A stretch of 57,099 bases of DNA from Promethearchaeota archaeon (GTDB lineage Archaea > Asgardarchaeota > Lokiarchaeia > Sigyniarchaeales > SOKP01), in the NCBI GenBank assembly GCA_018238625.1, contig JABCSY010000013.1, positions 1 through 57,099 on the forward strand, written 5' to 3'. The notes under the pieces were generated by a model. The model was given only the letters and a program-made list of their open reading frames with translations, did no database searches and had not been told where the DNA came from. Within the stretch, counting starts at the first letter, position 1, and each line of letters starts with the position of its first letter. The translations under genes and the position numbers were made by a program. Shown one piece after another: positions 1 through 9,766 of the stretch.

Positions 1-294
1 ATTATTTGATATGTTTAGATAATTAATATTTGGTATTTGGTTGGGAAAACCCTTAAGTGATTTTAAACTTGTATTGACAATTTCGATTAATTCTAAATTC
101 GGGAGTAAATGAGGGAGACCTTCAAGAGAATTTATGGTTGTATCCATAATTCTGATTTTCTTTAGATTAGGCAGATCTTCGGGCAATCCTTTGAATGAAT
201 TCAATGAGCAATATCGCAAATCGATCTCTTTTAAATAAGGAGATGCATGGTGAATAAATTGTCTCTCACTAATGTTACGATTTGAAAAATGCAT
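1..294 (-). CDS. Leucine-rich repeat protein (N-terminal part, runs off window)
   Basis: Not in the ORF track. Manual translation from ATG at 294: MHFSNRN...PYLKEIDLRYCSLNSFKGLPEDLPNLKKIRIMDTTINSLEGLPHLLPNLELIEIVNTSLKSLKGFPNQIPNINYLNISNN, with ~23-aa LRR periodicity. Confidence 0.8.
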   Translation of the reverse strand, partial: MHFSNRNISERQFIHHASPYLKEIDLRYCSLNSFKGLPEDLPNLKKIRIMDTTINSLEGLPHLLPNLELIEIVNTSLKSLKGFPNQIPNINYLNISNN

Positions 295-334
295 ATTTAT
301 ATCATTTATTTGACTATTTAATTAACGATTAAAA

Positions 335-3046
335 ATGGATTTTGAACCTGAAAAATCATTCGAAAAACCTAATACCGAGAAAGCGGAAAAGGATAAAATC
401 GCATCGAAACCAGACGATAAACCAAAAAATAACAAAAACGACTATAAGGATAAAAAAATCGAGGGCTCAAGCCAGAAGCCGAAAGACAAACCGAAGAATA
501 AAATCGAACCCCGAAAGATAGATATACAGAAAGAGCCAAGACATAAAATCCAACGGCAAAAAGCAAACCCTCTAACTCCACCCAGGAATAAAATTGAACG
601 CCCAACATTTGACCCTGATCGTGAGCCAATCAATAAAATAGAACCTCGACAGTTTACACCCAAGAAATCCAAAAATAAAATCGAACCAGTCCATCTGGAC
701 TTCACTCGAGAACCAAAAAATAAAATCCAACCTTACAGGCCGCATACGCCAGTTGAAAATAAAAATAAGACCAAGAACGCCGTAAATTCAATAAAAACTA
801 AACCTGAAACCCAACCCAAGGGTAATCGACTTAAATCTAAATGGGCTTTCGTCAACTACGATAAAAATGGTAGGGCGCTCTCCAAAGAAGATAAAATAGA
901 AGTGTTAACGAACTACTTTATCACTAATGTTAAACCCGTGCTATTACAAAATCCACTCGCTCGAGAAAAAATGGAAAAACATAACGCGCTTAGTGTAAAT
1001 GATCTCACAGGAAATGGTCTTAGAGGTCTAGTAAGAGCAATGGGTCAAGAAAATAAAATTATGTGGAGCGAATTCAAGAAATCGCTTGGATTTACCGGAA
1101 AATATAAATCTCAATCTCAGATTGATTTTAATTTCCTTAATTACGATAAACATGGTAAACTCTTAAGCCGAGAGCATAAGTTTAATGTCAGTGTTACATA
1201 CCTTAAAGAAAATCTGCTTCCAAAATATAAAAAAATCCCTGCCATTCAGGAAAAGCTCGAAAAAGGAAAATTCATGACGATACGAGATTTACAAAATAAT
1301 GGGGATTATATGTTCATTCATAACCTTAATAAGAGTCATAAAATCACCTGGAATGAATTAATCACTAAAGCCGGCTTTAAGATAAATGTAAATCAAGAAA
1401 AGTATCGGTTCATCAATTTTGACAAGGATGGTCAACGATTATCCTATGACCAGAAACTCAAAGTTGCTAAGAATCACTTTGAAAGTATCATCCTACCTGA
1501 CTTAAAAAAAGTCCCAGAAATTCACCAGAAATTGCTTCAAAACAATCCCCCTTCCGTCGATGATATTAAAAATCATGGACACCCTGGTTTTGATAGACCT
1601 CTCACTCAGAAAGAACCTAAAATAAGCTACAACACTCTAGTTGAAACATGTGGCTTTAAAGTCAACATCGACCATGATAAATATCGGTTCCTAAACTATG
1701 ATCAAAATGGAAAACTACTCACATTAGAGCAAAAACTCTCTGTTGCACGAAATATCATGAAAAATACAATCATCCCCGATTTAATAAAAAAAGGTATTAT
1801 AAATCCTGGAGGCACCCCTAGAAGTCATGATATTTCACGGGGAGGTTATAGTGGTTTTGTACCAGCGCTCACTATAGTAGGAAATAAAATCCTCCATAAC
1901 GACCTTATGATTTCCATAGGTTTAAAACCAAATTTAGAAATAGGGCGATGGGATTTTCTGAAATATGATAAAAATGGTAATGAAATAACAAATAAAGAGA
2001 AATTAGAGCGCAGTTCGAAATATTTTCTTGAGAATATTTATCCAGACTTAGTCCAAAAAGGTGTCATAAATGACGGACAAAGCCCAACTGGTCTTGATTT
2101 AACTAGAAATAACCATGTCGATTTTATTAGTGCAATACGCAGTAAAGAACCTAAATTAGCTTTTAACCAATTATTAGAGTATAGTGGTTTTAAACCGATA
2201 TCACCTCAAAATAAAGAAAAATGGAAGATTTTCTATGATATCAACAACAATCCATTACCTCGGACAGAGCAAATAAGAGTTGCAGTGAATTATTTTAAAA
2301 ATGAGATTATACCTAATCTAATAAAAAAAGGAGTTGTAACTACTGATCAGACTCCAGACACATTTACACTCGAGAAATATGGGCATCTGGATTTTTTTAA
2401 GGCAATCCATAAAAGAGGAATTTTATATAATGAAGTTGTAATTAAAGCCGGTTTTAGGCCTAATGATAGAAATATCTTGTCTTCAGTCGGTAAAGACTTT
2501 CATTGGAATGCTGAAAGAATCTTTTTGGAGCATACTATAAAGAAAAACTGTATATCTTTTTATGAAGTGAATGGTAACGGAGATAACTCTATAATAGTAG
2601 ATGAAAATTTTAAAAAATTATCTGTTATTGCTGCTAATTTTGCTCGCAATCGACCTAATATTAAAATCATTAATGTTGATTATTATCTAAGTAATTCAGA
2701 CAGAGCAGCACTTGATCATAGTACAAGAAACTACCAAGATGAAAATAAAGCTCTATTCTTGGTTCCTGTTAACGCTAGAGAATCTCGTATGTTAAATGAT
2801 GATACATTATTTCATGAAAATGTTTTTATTCTAGATCCTAAAAGCTTTACTAGGTTTATGGGATACGAAAATGAATTATTTGATGACTTTATGGAATCTG
2901 TCCACTTAGCTAAATGTGCGATTTATGATGAAACATCAAGAGAAATTCTAAATGAAAAATCTGTGGAATCTATTGGAACTATTAAAACCAAGAAAAACCA
3001 GTTAAATAGATCAACAAAAAGATTTAAAGAAGTAGTAATAAAATAA
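335..3046 (+). CDS. Large repeat protein: K/P-rich N-terminus, six ~90-aa repeats, possible nuclease-like C-terminal domain
   Basis: 903-aa ORF. PKNKIEP-like repeats in the first ~150 aa, then six copies of (W/Y)xFxNYDxxG...PxxxDLxxxGHxxF...I(W/Y)NxL...GFKxN. Confidence 0.7.
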   Translation: MDFEPEKSFEKPNTEKAEKDKIASKPDDKPKNNKNDYKDKKIEGSSQKPKDKPKNKIEPRKIDIQKEPRHKIQRQKANPLTPPRNKIERPTFDPDREPINKIEPRQFTPKKSKNKIEPVHLDFTREPKNKIQPYRPHTPVENKNKTKNAVNSIKTKPETQPKGNRLKSKWAFVNYDKNGRALSKEDKIEVLTNYFITNVKPVLLQNPLAREKMEKHNALSVNDLTGNGLRGLVRAMGQENKIMWSEFKKSLGFTGKYKSQSQIDFNFLNYDKHGKLLSREHKFNVSVTYLKENLLPKYKKIPAIQEKLEKGKFMTIRDLQNNGDYMFIHNLNKSHKITWNELITKAGFKINVNQEKYRFINFDKDGQRLSYDQKLKVAKNHFESIILPDLKKVPEIHQKLLQNNPPSVDDIKNHGHPGFDRPLTQKEPKISYNTLVETCGFKVNIDHDKYRFLNYDQNGKLLTLEQKLSVARNIMKNTIIPDLIKKGIINPGGTPRSHDISRGGYSGFVPALTIVGNKILHNDLMISIGLKPNLEIGRWDFLKYDKNGNEITNKEKLERSSKYFLENIYPDLVQKGVINDGQSPTGLDLTRNNHVDFISAIRSKEPKLAFNQLLEYSGFKPISPQNKEKWKIFYDINNNPLPRTEQIRVAVNYFKNEIIPNLIKKGVVTTDQTPDTFTLEKYGHLDFFKAIHKRGILYNEVVIKAGFRPNDRNILSSVGKDFHWNAERIFLEHTIKKNCISFYEVNGNGDNSIIVDENFKKLSVIAANFARNRPNIKIINVDYYLSNSDRAALDHSTRNYQDENKALFLVPVNARESRMLNDDTLFHENVFILDPKSFTRFMGYENELFDDFMESVHLAKCAIYDETSREILNEKSVESIGTIKTKKNQLNRSTKRFKEVVIK

Positions 3047-3238
3047 CCTTGAAAGATAAATTTAAATTATTAAATAAAACTTAAATGAAATTTTAAATAG
3101 TAGAACTTTTATTATTATTTAAAAAAAGATGTAATTATATTGGGTCTTACTCCCGATATTATAAAATTATTGTTTTATAATATGTTATCTTTAAGGGAAT
3201 AGCCCCATTCAAAGAATAGAGAAAGGAGAGATGGGAAA

Positions 3239-3961
3239 TTGCTTCATAATGTTTACCTTATTTCAAATTTTACGGGTATTTGTTTAGTCCATAGGAAGTA
3301 TGGGACTATAGAGTTTAATCAAGATTTAGTATCTGGTTTTTTAACAGCATTAAAAGACTTTTCAGTGGAATTCTCGAAAGGATCGGGCGAATTGAAAATC
3401 ATTGATATGCAAATATTTTATCTCCTTCTTGTTTTTAAGGAGGGAATCTTGTGCACAGCGGCAGCGGATAAAAATGATGATGCTAAAATCACTCATAAAG
3501 TTCTTAGTGAGATTATCGATAAATTCCTGGGAAAGTTTGGAAACCTAAAGGACTGGTCGGGAGATGTTAGGATGTTCAGAGGCTTTGAAAATGTTATGGA
3601 TGCTATGCTAAAAAACGGTCAAGTGGCAGAAGTTGCTTTAAAAATCCCCATCTTGAAGATATTTGAGAAAGATTTCGTAAAATCACGGAAACAGATCGCT
3701 AAAAAAGGATTAGTGTTGTCAGAAGATGATTTAAGGGACGCTCAGAACCAGAAACCGATGTGGACATCAAAGCGACTTCCCCCCCAAGTAATTGCACAAG
3801 GTTTCTTGAATAAGGAACAATATAAAATTGCTCATTTAGCGGATGGATTTCACACAATTTCGGATATCGCGGAGGAAGCTGGAGTGCCACAATCAGAGAT
3901 TGATGTAATGATCGACGATCTGGATGACTTAGGTCTTTTAAGGTTTATCGATATTAAATAA
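3239..3961 (+). CDS. Longin/roadblock-like domain protein with C-terminal winged-helix-like domain
   Basis: GICLVHRKY...DLVSGFLTALKDFS motif typical of Asgard longin-like proteins. C-terminal ADGFHTISDIAEEAG...LDDLGLL. AGGAG upstream of TTG. Confidence 0.65.
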   Translation: MLHNVYLISNFTGICLVHRKYGTIEFNQDLVSGFLTALKDFSVEFSKGSGELKIIDMQIFYLLLVFKEGILCTAAADKNDDAKITHKVLSEIIDKFLGKFGNLKDWSGDVRMFRGFENVMDAMLKNGQVAEVALKIPILKIFEKDFVKSRKQIAKKGLVLSEDDLRDAQNQKPMWTSKRLPPQVIAQGFLNKEQYKIAHLADGFHTISDIAEEAGVPQSEIDVMIDDLDDLGLLRFIDIK

Positions 3962-4129
3962 GCAGTAGTATTTATTCTATTAATCTAATTTCAGGAAATT
4001 ATATTTATTTTTAAAGTGTTCATCACATTTTAAACTACAATTTTTAATAATTATTGAAAAACTTAAATATTTATTAGTAATATAAATACTTAGTTTACTT
4101 TTACAAAGACAAAATTACTGGATGTAATA

Positions 4130-5332
4130 ATGAATTTATCTGATTTTGGAAGAAGATTTCTGTGTTTAGTACATCGTATTGACAAACACAATAAGGGATA
4201 TGTAGATTTTTATATTGGTCCAAAAAAAATTCGGAAAATCGTTGACAATGAGGTAATAATTTCACCAAACAAACTTTTAATTGATTGCAAAGCTTTACAA
4301 AAAGATTTGTTTAAACAAGGTTACGATAAAAAACGCGAGCTATACTTAGAAAAAATGTTCACGGCGATGAGGACTTCGATCGAAATCCTAAACGGTATCG
4401 AGATTCCTATTAAGGAACAATTTTTAAGGCTTTATGATGTAGTCTTACAACCAATTAAAGAATCTGAATTAGATAACTTAAAAGAAGAGTTTAACGCAGC
4501 GTATGGTGGTCCTGGAAGTTTAGAAAATCGAATGAGCGATTTAAGAGTACGACGAACTGTTCCTGAGGGTAAGGTATTTGAATTATTTAAAAAAGCTCTC
4601 GACATCACGAGAGAGCGAACTAAAGAGTTATTTGTTAACTTCTTACCTCAAAAAGAACGAATTGTTATAGAATTAGTTAATAATAACGATGAAGTAAAAT
4701 GGGCTTATTACAATTGGTACAAGGGTAATTTTTGCTCCCGAATAGAGGTTAATCCGAATTATAACATGTATTGGACCGCATTTTTGTATGCTGCCGCACA
4801 TGAAGCCTATCCTGGACACCACACAGAATTTGCTATCAAAGAAAGAGTGTTATATCGCGAATTAGATCAATTTGAGCACTCAATACTACTGCTACATAGC
4901 CCTAAATTAATACTCTCAGAAGGGATCGCAGAATTAGCAGTAGAAGTGCTCTTTTCAAATCGGGAAGCAGTAGAAATTAGTTTACGAGAATTTTGCCCAG
5001 ATTCATCAAACGAAGATTCTCTTGAAATAATGATGGCACAAAACAAAGTAAAAAGAAAATTAACGCTTTTTTGGTATAGTTTTGCATATCATGCGCTTAT
5101 TGATAAATATAAAGATGAGGAATTAATCCGATATGGAACAAATTTTGAAATTGTTAATAAAGAAAACATAAAAGTTCAACTTAAAAAACTCTCTGACCCA
5201 GTTTATTCAAAAAACGCTTTTATGTATAACCTTGGAAGCAATCTCATAAAACACAAGTACGGAGAGCTTCCTTCAATTAAAGATTTTCGATATCTTCTCG
5301 TTAATCCAATTTTACCTTCAGATTTACTATGA
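4130..5332 (+). CDS. DUF885-like zinc metallopeptidase-fold protein (copy A)
   Basis: AAHEAYPGHH motif plus downstream SEGIA third ligand. Close paralog at 52598..53806. Confidence 0.7.
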   Translation: MNLSDFGRRFLCLVHRIDKHNKGYVDFYIGPKKIRKIVDNEVIISPNKLLIDCKALQKDLFKQGYDKKRELYLEKMFTAMRTSIEILNGIEIPIKEQFLRLYDVVLQPIKESELDNLKEEFNAAYGGPGSLENRMSDLRVRRTVPEGKVFELFKKALDITRERTKELFVNFLPQKERIVIELVNNNDEVKWAYYNWYKGNFCSRIEVNPNYNMYWTAFLYAAAHEAYPGHHTEFAIKERVLYRELDQFEHSILLLHSPKLILSEGIAELAVEVLFSNREAVEISLREFCPDSSNEDSLEIMMAQNKVKRKLTLFWYSFAYHALIDKYKDEELIRYGTNFEIVNKENIKVQLKKLSDPVYSKNAFMYNLGSNLIKHKYGELPSIKDFRYLLVNPILPSDLL

Positions 5333-5552
5333 CACTTCATTGTATATTGATGATGTAAAGTATTTAGAATTGTTTTGGCCTACATTGATAAAAAATTTTA
5401 TCTAAAAATCCCTAAAAGCATGAGTTGTTTATTTTATGCTAATCACTTTTTACTTTTTTAGGAGTTTAAATAAATTTTGTCAAATTAATAAATAAGCTTG
5501 AAAAAATTAAACATAAAACATCCATTTTGGCTCCAAATTAAAAAGAATAAGT

Positions 5553-5568
5553 CAAAAACATTTAAATT
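5553..5568 (+). promoter_or_regulatory. Putative BRE/TATA promoter of micro-ORF 1
   Basis: CAAAAACA-TTTAAATT; the TATA-like box starts 28 nt before the ATG at 5589. Confidence 0.4.
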
Positions 5569-5588
5569 AACAAATTGAGTGAGAAACA

Positions 5589-5618
5589 ATGCCTGGTCAG
5601 AACGGTATAGGCCCATAA
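5589..5618 (+). CDS. Micro-ORF peptide MPGQNGIGP
   Basis: ATG CCT GGT CAG AAC GGT ATA GGC CCA TAA. GAGTGAG upstream, hairpin + U-tract downstream. Homologous to two other copies. Confidence 0.6.
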   Translation: MPGQNGIGP

Positions 5619-5621
5619 TTA

Positions 5622-5663
5622 GATGTTTATTATAAGAACATCACATATTTTCTTTTCTTTTTT
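5622..5663 (+). terminator. Hairpin + pyrimidine tract after micro-ORF 1
   Basis: GATGTTT-attataa-GAACATC then TATTTTCTTTTCTTTTTT. Stem conserved in all three copies. Confidence 0.55.
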
Positions 5664-6294
5664 AAAATGAGTAGTTCAAAAAAATATTCTAATATAATTA
5701 AATAGAGCTTACAATTTAACAAAATGTAATCTATTTCATTTCGGTTTTAAAATGAAAACAAAAAACACTTCCAACTTTTTCAATTCCTTGAAAAATTCTA
5801 GAAATAGCAGGAAATACTTTTTTTCTAAGTTTTTTGTAATTTATAAAATCATTTTATATTTGTTGGGAAAAAGTTAAAAACACATTTTTACGATTTTAAT
5901 AGATTTTTGCAAAAAAAAAAAAGAGTAAAGTAAAATGTAAGGTATTCATAAGACATATATCTTTATAGATTCTACGCAAAGTTTATATACGAAATGTTAA
6001 ATGAACATTTTAAGGTATTTATAAAGAAAAAATCGTTAAAATGAAAAATGTAAGAATTTATAAGGATATTATTCCATTTTATTAGATAGATCTTCGAGTT
6101 TAGATTTTTTCTACATATTTAAAAAGATTATGATAAAAATAATAATAGGGAAAAAAAATTTCCAAGGTTAAAATTTAATATGAAAATTAAAAAATTATTA
6201 GTCAAAAAGATAGAAAGATTTCTAATATATGTTATAAAAAGGAATTTCTATTTCTCATAGCTGTAAATCAAATTATAAGTGAGGAGAACATAAT

Positions 6295-7683
6295 ATGAGT
6301 CAAAATAGGTGTGAGAAAACAAAACTGCCATCCGGTATAACAGGAGATACGGCAATTTCCTTAGCCGATAGTCGTAATATAACAATTTTAGAGTTGATAG
6401 CAGAATATAATGCTGGGGTTGAAAATTTCTGTTTTTCTTTGGATGGATGTTCAAATATAGTTATTGCTAAAATAGAAAAACTTGTAGAAGTTGGGATATC
6501 GTCAAAGGTAATAAAAATTACATTAGACAATTTTGAATCGGTAGTATGTAGCCCAAATTGTTTATTCATTGCCAAAGATAACATGATTTTTGAAACAGTT
6601 AGTCTACATAATGGTCAATCATTAATGCCCCTAATATTTGATTATGCGAAAAATGTGCCTAAAGGCAAAGAGGATTATAAACGACATAAGAATTTAAATG
6701 AATATCTTGTAGTTTTTAATCCCACTTCAGGATTATTTAATTTTGTTCATTCATTAGCAGATAATTATAATCTTCGGAATTTGATATATAGTAGAAAAAA
6801 AGGAAATTTTAGGCATCATTGCGATTTTAATAAGTACAATAATAATCCTACAAATATAGATAGAAAAACTCATTCTGAGCATTTTAGACTACATTCTGAA
6901 ATTGCCTCAGAGAATATGAGAAAATTACATCTAAATCCTGAGTTTCAGGAAAGACATTCCAAAAGAGCTTCAAAAAACATTAGTGGATATTTAAAGTCAG
7001 AAGAATTTTATAAAATGACTAGGGGTGCGGGACAGAGAGGAAAGAAGTATTTGATCGAATACAATAAAAGTGAAAAGGGGAGAAAAAAATCGTCCGAAAT
7101 TGGAAAACATGGCAAGATGAAGTGTCAAGAGTGCGATCAAGTATATTTCGGAAGAAAAGAGATGGATCAACATTATAAAGACGAACATCCCGAAATTTGG
7201 GAAAAAAGGATGGCGAATTTTCAAAAAGGTTCTATTAAATATGTAAGGAGTGAAGAAGGACGGAAGGCTCAATCAGAAAAGGCAAAAAGTGGAAAGATGA
7301 TCTGCCATGTATGTGGAGAAATAATATGTGGGGCAAGCGAATTAAAGAAACATTATGCAGAGATACATAACGATCCTGTGCCATGCCCTTTTTGTGGAAG
7401 ATTGTGCAAGGGAAAAGGGGGTCTGAGTACTCATGTAAGATTCTGTCCCAAAAATCCAGACCACGAGGTTCGAGAAATTGGAAATTTTCCTTGTCCTTTT
7501 TGCGATGAAGTCTTTGGTTCACAGAGAGGATTATCAGGTCATATAACTAGGGGACATAAAATAGTTAATCATAAAATAATTGATATTGAAATCATTGAAT
7601 GTGAACCGATAGCCATCTATAATTTATGTATAAAAAATTCTGATAATTTTGGATTATCTGCAGGGATATTTGTTCATACATAG
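6295..7683 (+). CDS. Free-standing degenerate intein (Hint domain) with HNH endonuclease and four C2H2/C2HC zinc fingers
   Basis: Block A-like GITGDTAISLADSR, block B-like ITLDNFESVVCSPNCLF, HNH-like RHHCDFNKYNNNPTNI, four CxxC-x12-H fingers, blocks F/G-like NHKIIDIE...IYNLCI...NFGLSAGIFVHT*. GTGAGGAG RBS. Confidence 0.8.
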   Translation: MSQNRCEKTKLPSGITGDTAISLADSRNITILELIAEYNAGVENFCFSLDGCSNIVIAKIEKLVEVGISSKVIKITLDNFESVVCSPNCLFIAKDNMIFETVSLHNGQSLMPLIFDYAKNVPKGKEDYKRHKNLNEYLVVFNPTSGLFNFVHSLADNYNLRNLIYSRKKGNFRHHCDFNKYNNNPTNIDRKTHSEHFRLHSEIASENMRKLHLNPEFQERHSKRASKNISGYLKSEEFYKMTRGAGQRGKKYLIEYNKSEKGRKKSSEIGKHGKMKCQECDQVYFGRKEMDQHYKDEHPEIWEKRMANFQKGSIKYVRSEEGRKAQSEKAKSGKMICHVCGEIICGASELKKHYAEIHNDPVPCPFCGRLCKGKGGLSTHVRFCPKNPDHEVREIGNFPCPFCDEVFGSQRGLSGHITRGHKIVNHKIIDIEIIECEPIAIYNLCIKNSDNFGLSAGIFVHT

Positions 7684-7806
7684 AGCTATTGTTTTCTACG
7701 AAAACCTATAAAGAAATTTAAGATTAGACTTTCATTGAAATTGCCCTCTTTTTATAAATAATCAAATGGTTTAAACTACCTAAAATTTTATGAGTTTAAA
7801 AAAATT

Positions 7807-9288
7807 TTGAAGAATATGAATATAAAAAAAATAGCAGAAAATACTTATGAGATAGAACCGAAAACATTGATGGCGCGTGTAGAAGGCAAAATCGCGAAGT
7901 TTCAAATGAAAGTGCCGGTTCATATTTACGCGAACGAGTACATATTGGAAAAGATCAAGAACGACAGAACGCTTGATCAGATTAGCAACGTTGCATGTCT
8001 TCCAGGAATTCAGAAGCATGCGATTGCGCTCTCCGATGCTCATCAGGGGTATGGATTTTGTATAGGGGGCGTTGCTGGAACTGACGCTGAATCGGGTATG
8101 ATTTCGCCTGGGGGAGTAGGGTACGACATAAATTGCGGCGTAAATTTGTTGAAAACATCATTAAACCTTAAAGACATAAATAGCTCAATTCCCAGTTTAT
8201 TAAATGTTATTTTTAAGAATATTCCATCAGGTTTAGGAAGTAAAGGTAAATTAAATATAAGTTATTCAGATTTAGATAATGTATTAGATAATGGTTTGAA
8301 TTGGGCTTTAGAAAATGGTTATGCGATCGAAGAGGATTTAGTGCATTGCGAAGAAAACGGTTTTTTAAAGGATGCTAATTCAGATTTGGTTTCCCAGAGA
8401 GCTAAACAGAGGGGATTAAAGCAGCTTGGTTCTTTAGGAAGTGGTAATCATTTTATAGAAATTCAGAAAGTTGATAAAATCTACAATGATTCTATCGCAA
8501 AAACATTAGGAATTTTTGATAAGGATCAAATAACAATTATGGTTCATACAGGTTCGCGAGCTCTTGGTCATCAAGTATGCACCGACTCTTTACGAAATGT
8601 CGAACAAGCAATGAAAAAATACGATATTAAAGTTCCTGATCGAGAATTAGCGTGTGTGCCAGCTGATACTCCCGAAGCTAAAAATTACTTAAGTAGTATG
8701 GCGTGTGCTGCAAATTTTGGGTTCAACAACCGTCAATTAATTACCCATTGGTTAAGACAATCTTTTCAAGATTATCTTAGAAAGAGTTTAGACGAGCTAG
8801 ACTTTAAATTAGTTTATGGTGTATGTCATAATATTTTAAAAATAGAGGAACACGACGTTAATGGCAAAAAAATGAAATTAAACATTCATAGGAAAGGAGC
8901 AACCAGAGCTTTTCCACCAGGACATCGAGATCTACCGCAAGACTATAAATCTATTGGTCAACCCGCTTTGATTCCTGGTACTATGGGATCGGCTTCCTAC
9001 TTATGCGTTGGAAGGCCAAAAGCGATGGACCTTTCTTTTGGATCCACGGCTCATGGATCTGGTAGAGTAATGTCAAGATCTAAAGCTACGAAAATGTATT
9101 GGGGTTCTAAAGTCAAAGAAGATTTAAAAAATAGAGGAATATTTGTAAAAGCGGCTTCACCTAAAATAATTGCTGAGGAAGCTCCAGGGGCATATAAAGA
9201 TATAGATCAAGTAGTGCAAGTAAGTCACGATCTTGGAATCGTAGAAAAAATTGTAAGGTTAGTTCCAATAGGGGTTGTAAAAGGTTAA
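7807..9288 (+). CDS. rtcB: RNA-splicing ligase RtcB (start may be ATG 7816)
   Basis: DAHQGYG, GYDINCG, GSGNHFIE, HTGSR, HRKGAT, AHGSGR and EEAPGAYK motifs. Confidence 0.97.
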   Translation: MKNMNIKKIAENTYEIEPKTLMARVEGKIAKFQMKVPVHIYANEYILEKIKNDRTLDQISNVACLPGIQKHAIALSDAHQGYGFCIGGVAGTDAESGMISPGGVGYDINCGVNLLKTSLNLKDINSSIPSLLNVIFKNIPSGLGSKGKLNISYSDLDNVLDNGLNWALENGYAIEEDLVHCEENGFLKDANSDLVSQRAKQRGLKQLGSLGSGNHFIEIQKVDKIYNDSIAKTLGIFDKDQITIMVHTGSRALGHQVCTDSLRNVEQAMKKYDIKVPDRELACVPADTPEAKNYLSSMACAANFGFNNRQLITHWLRQSFQDYLRKSLDELDFKLVYGVCHNILKIEEHDVNGKKMKLNIHRKGATRAFPPGHRDLPQDYKSIGQPALIPGTMGSASYLCVGRPKAMDLSFGSTAHGSGRVMSRSKATKMYWGSKVKEDLKNRGIFVKAASPKIIAEEAPGAYKDIDQVVQVSHDLGIVEKIVRLVPIGVVKG

Positions 9289-9328
9289 TTTTTTATTATA
9301 TTTATATGAATAGAATAAAATTGATAAG

Positions 9329-9766
9329 TTAAATATCAAATACTATATCAATTATAGTGCTTGCGTGTTTTTCTTCAATATTTAGGAAGGAATAAGTTAT
9401 AGCCTTAACTTCAATTCCTATTTCGTGTTTATTCAAATCGAATTTTTCACCTTTTAGAGTAGCTTGCAACTTGTAATTATTGTTGAATTTTTCAATTTTA
9501 CTTACATAGATTTGACTAAAAACAAGCTCATCTACATCAAAAATGTACAAAAATTCAGAAAGAAAATCAAATAAAAGAGCTTCTTTATCCTCAGCTTTAA
9601 TTATTATTTTTTTTTCGATTTTAGGAGTTATTTTTTTTAAGTTTGGCGTTATAGTCGCCATTAAACTATAAGCTGTTTGCGAAAAGGCTTCTTCTAATGA
9701 TGGCCCCCAACTTCTTACCTGGACATCAGCAGTATGGTCTCTAAACTCAAATCCAGCTTTTTTCAT
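9329..9766 (-). CDS. Archease
   Basis: DHTADV, EVKAITY and C-terminal FDI motifs; adjacent to rtcB. Confidence 0.95.
   Translation of the reverse strand: MKKAGFEFRDHTADVQVRSWGPSLEEAFSQTAYSLMATITPNLKKITPKIEKKIIIKAEDKEALLFDFLSEFLYIFDVDELVFSQIYVSKIEKFNNNYKLQATLKGEKFDLNKHEIGIEVKAITYSFLNIEEKHASTIIDIVFDI

Larger units (their letters stand above)
4095..5705 (+). repeat. Dispersed direct repeat, copy A (peptidase gene + ~370 bp downstream)
   Basis: Alignable by eye with ~52555..54240, including the non-coding part, e.g. aatgcctggtca and ttaaaatgagta...taatataattaaatag. Confidence 0.9.

Noticed and set aside
5466-5525. 19-codon antisense ORF (MDVLCLIFSSLFINLTKFI; MDDLYLVFSKLFINLTKFI at 53999..54058) present in both cassette copies
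   Set aside because: Explainable by overall similarity of the duplicated AT-rich DNA. It has no RBS or terminator and is not part of the third unit.
5706-6280. Long AT-rich non-coding stretch as an origin or RNA gene
   Set aside because: No ORB, repeat or stable structure is visible.
7681-7806. Read-through fusion of the Hint ORF to rtcB (same frame)
   Set aside because: Two in-frame stops (TAG at 7681 and a later TAA) separate them, and the linker is typical AT-rich intergenic DNA.
8110-8140. Intein in RtcB at GYDINC (also checked cdc6, DP2, nrdD, rpoB)
   Set aside because: All are of normal length with contiguous motifs.
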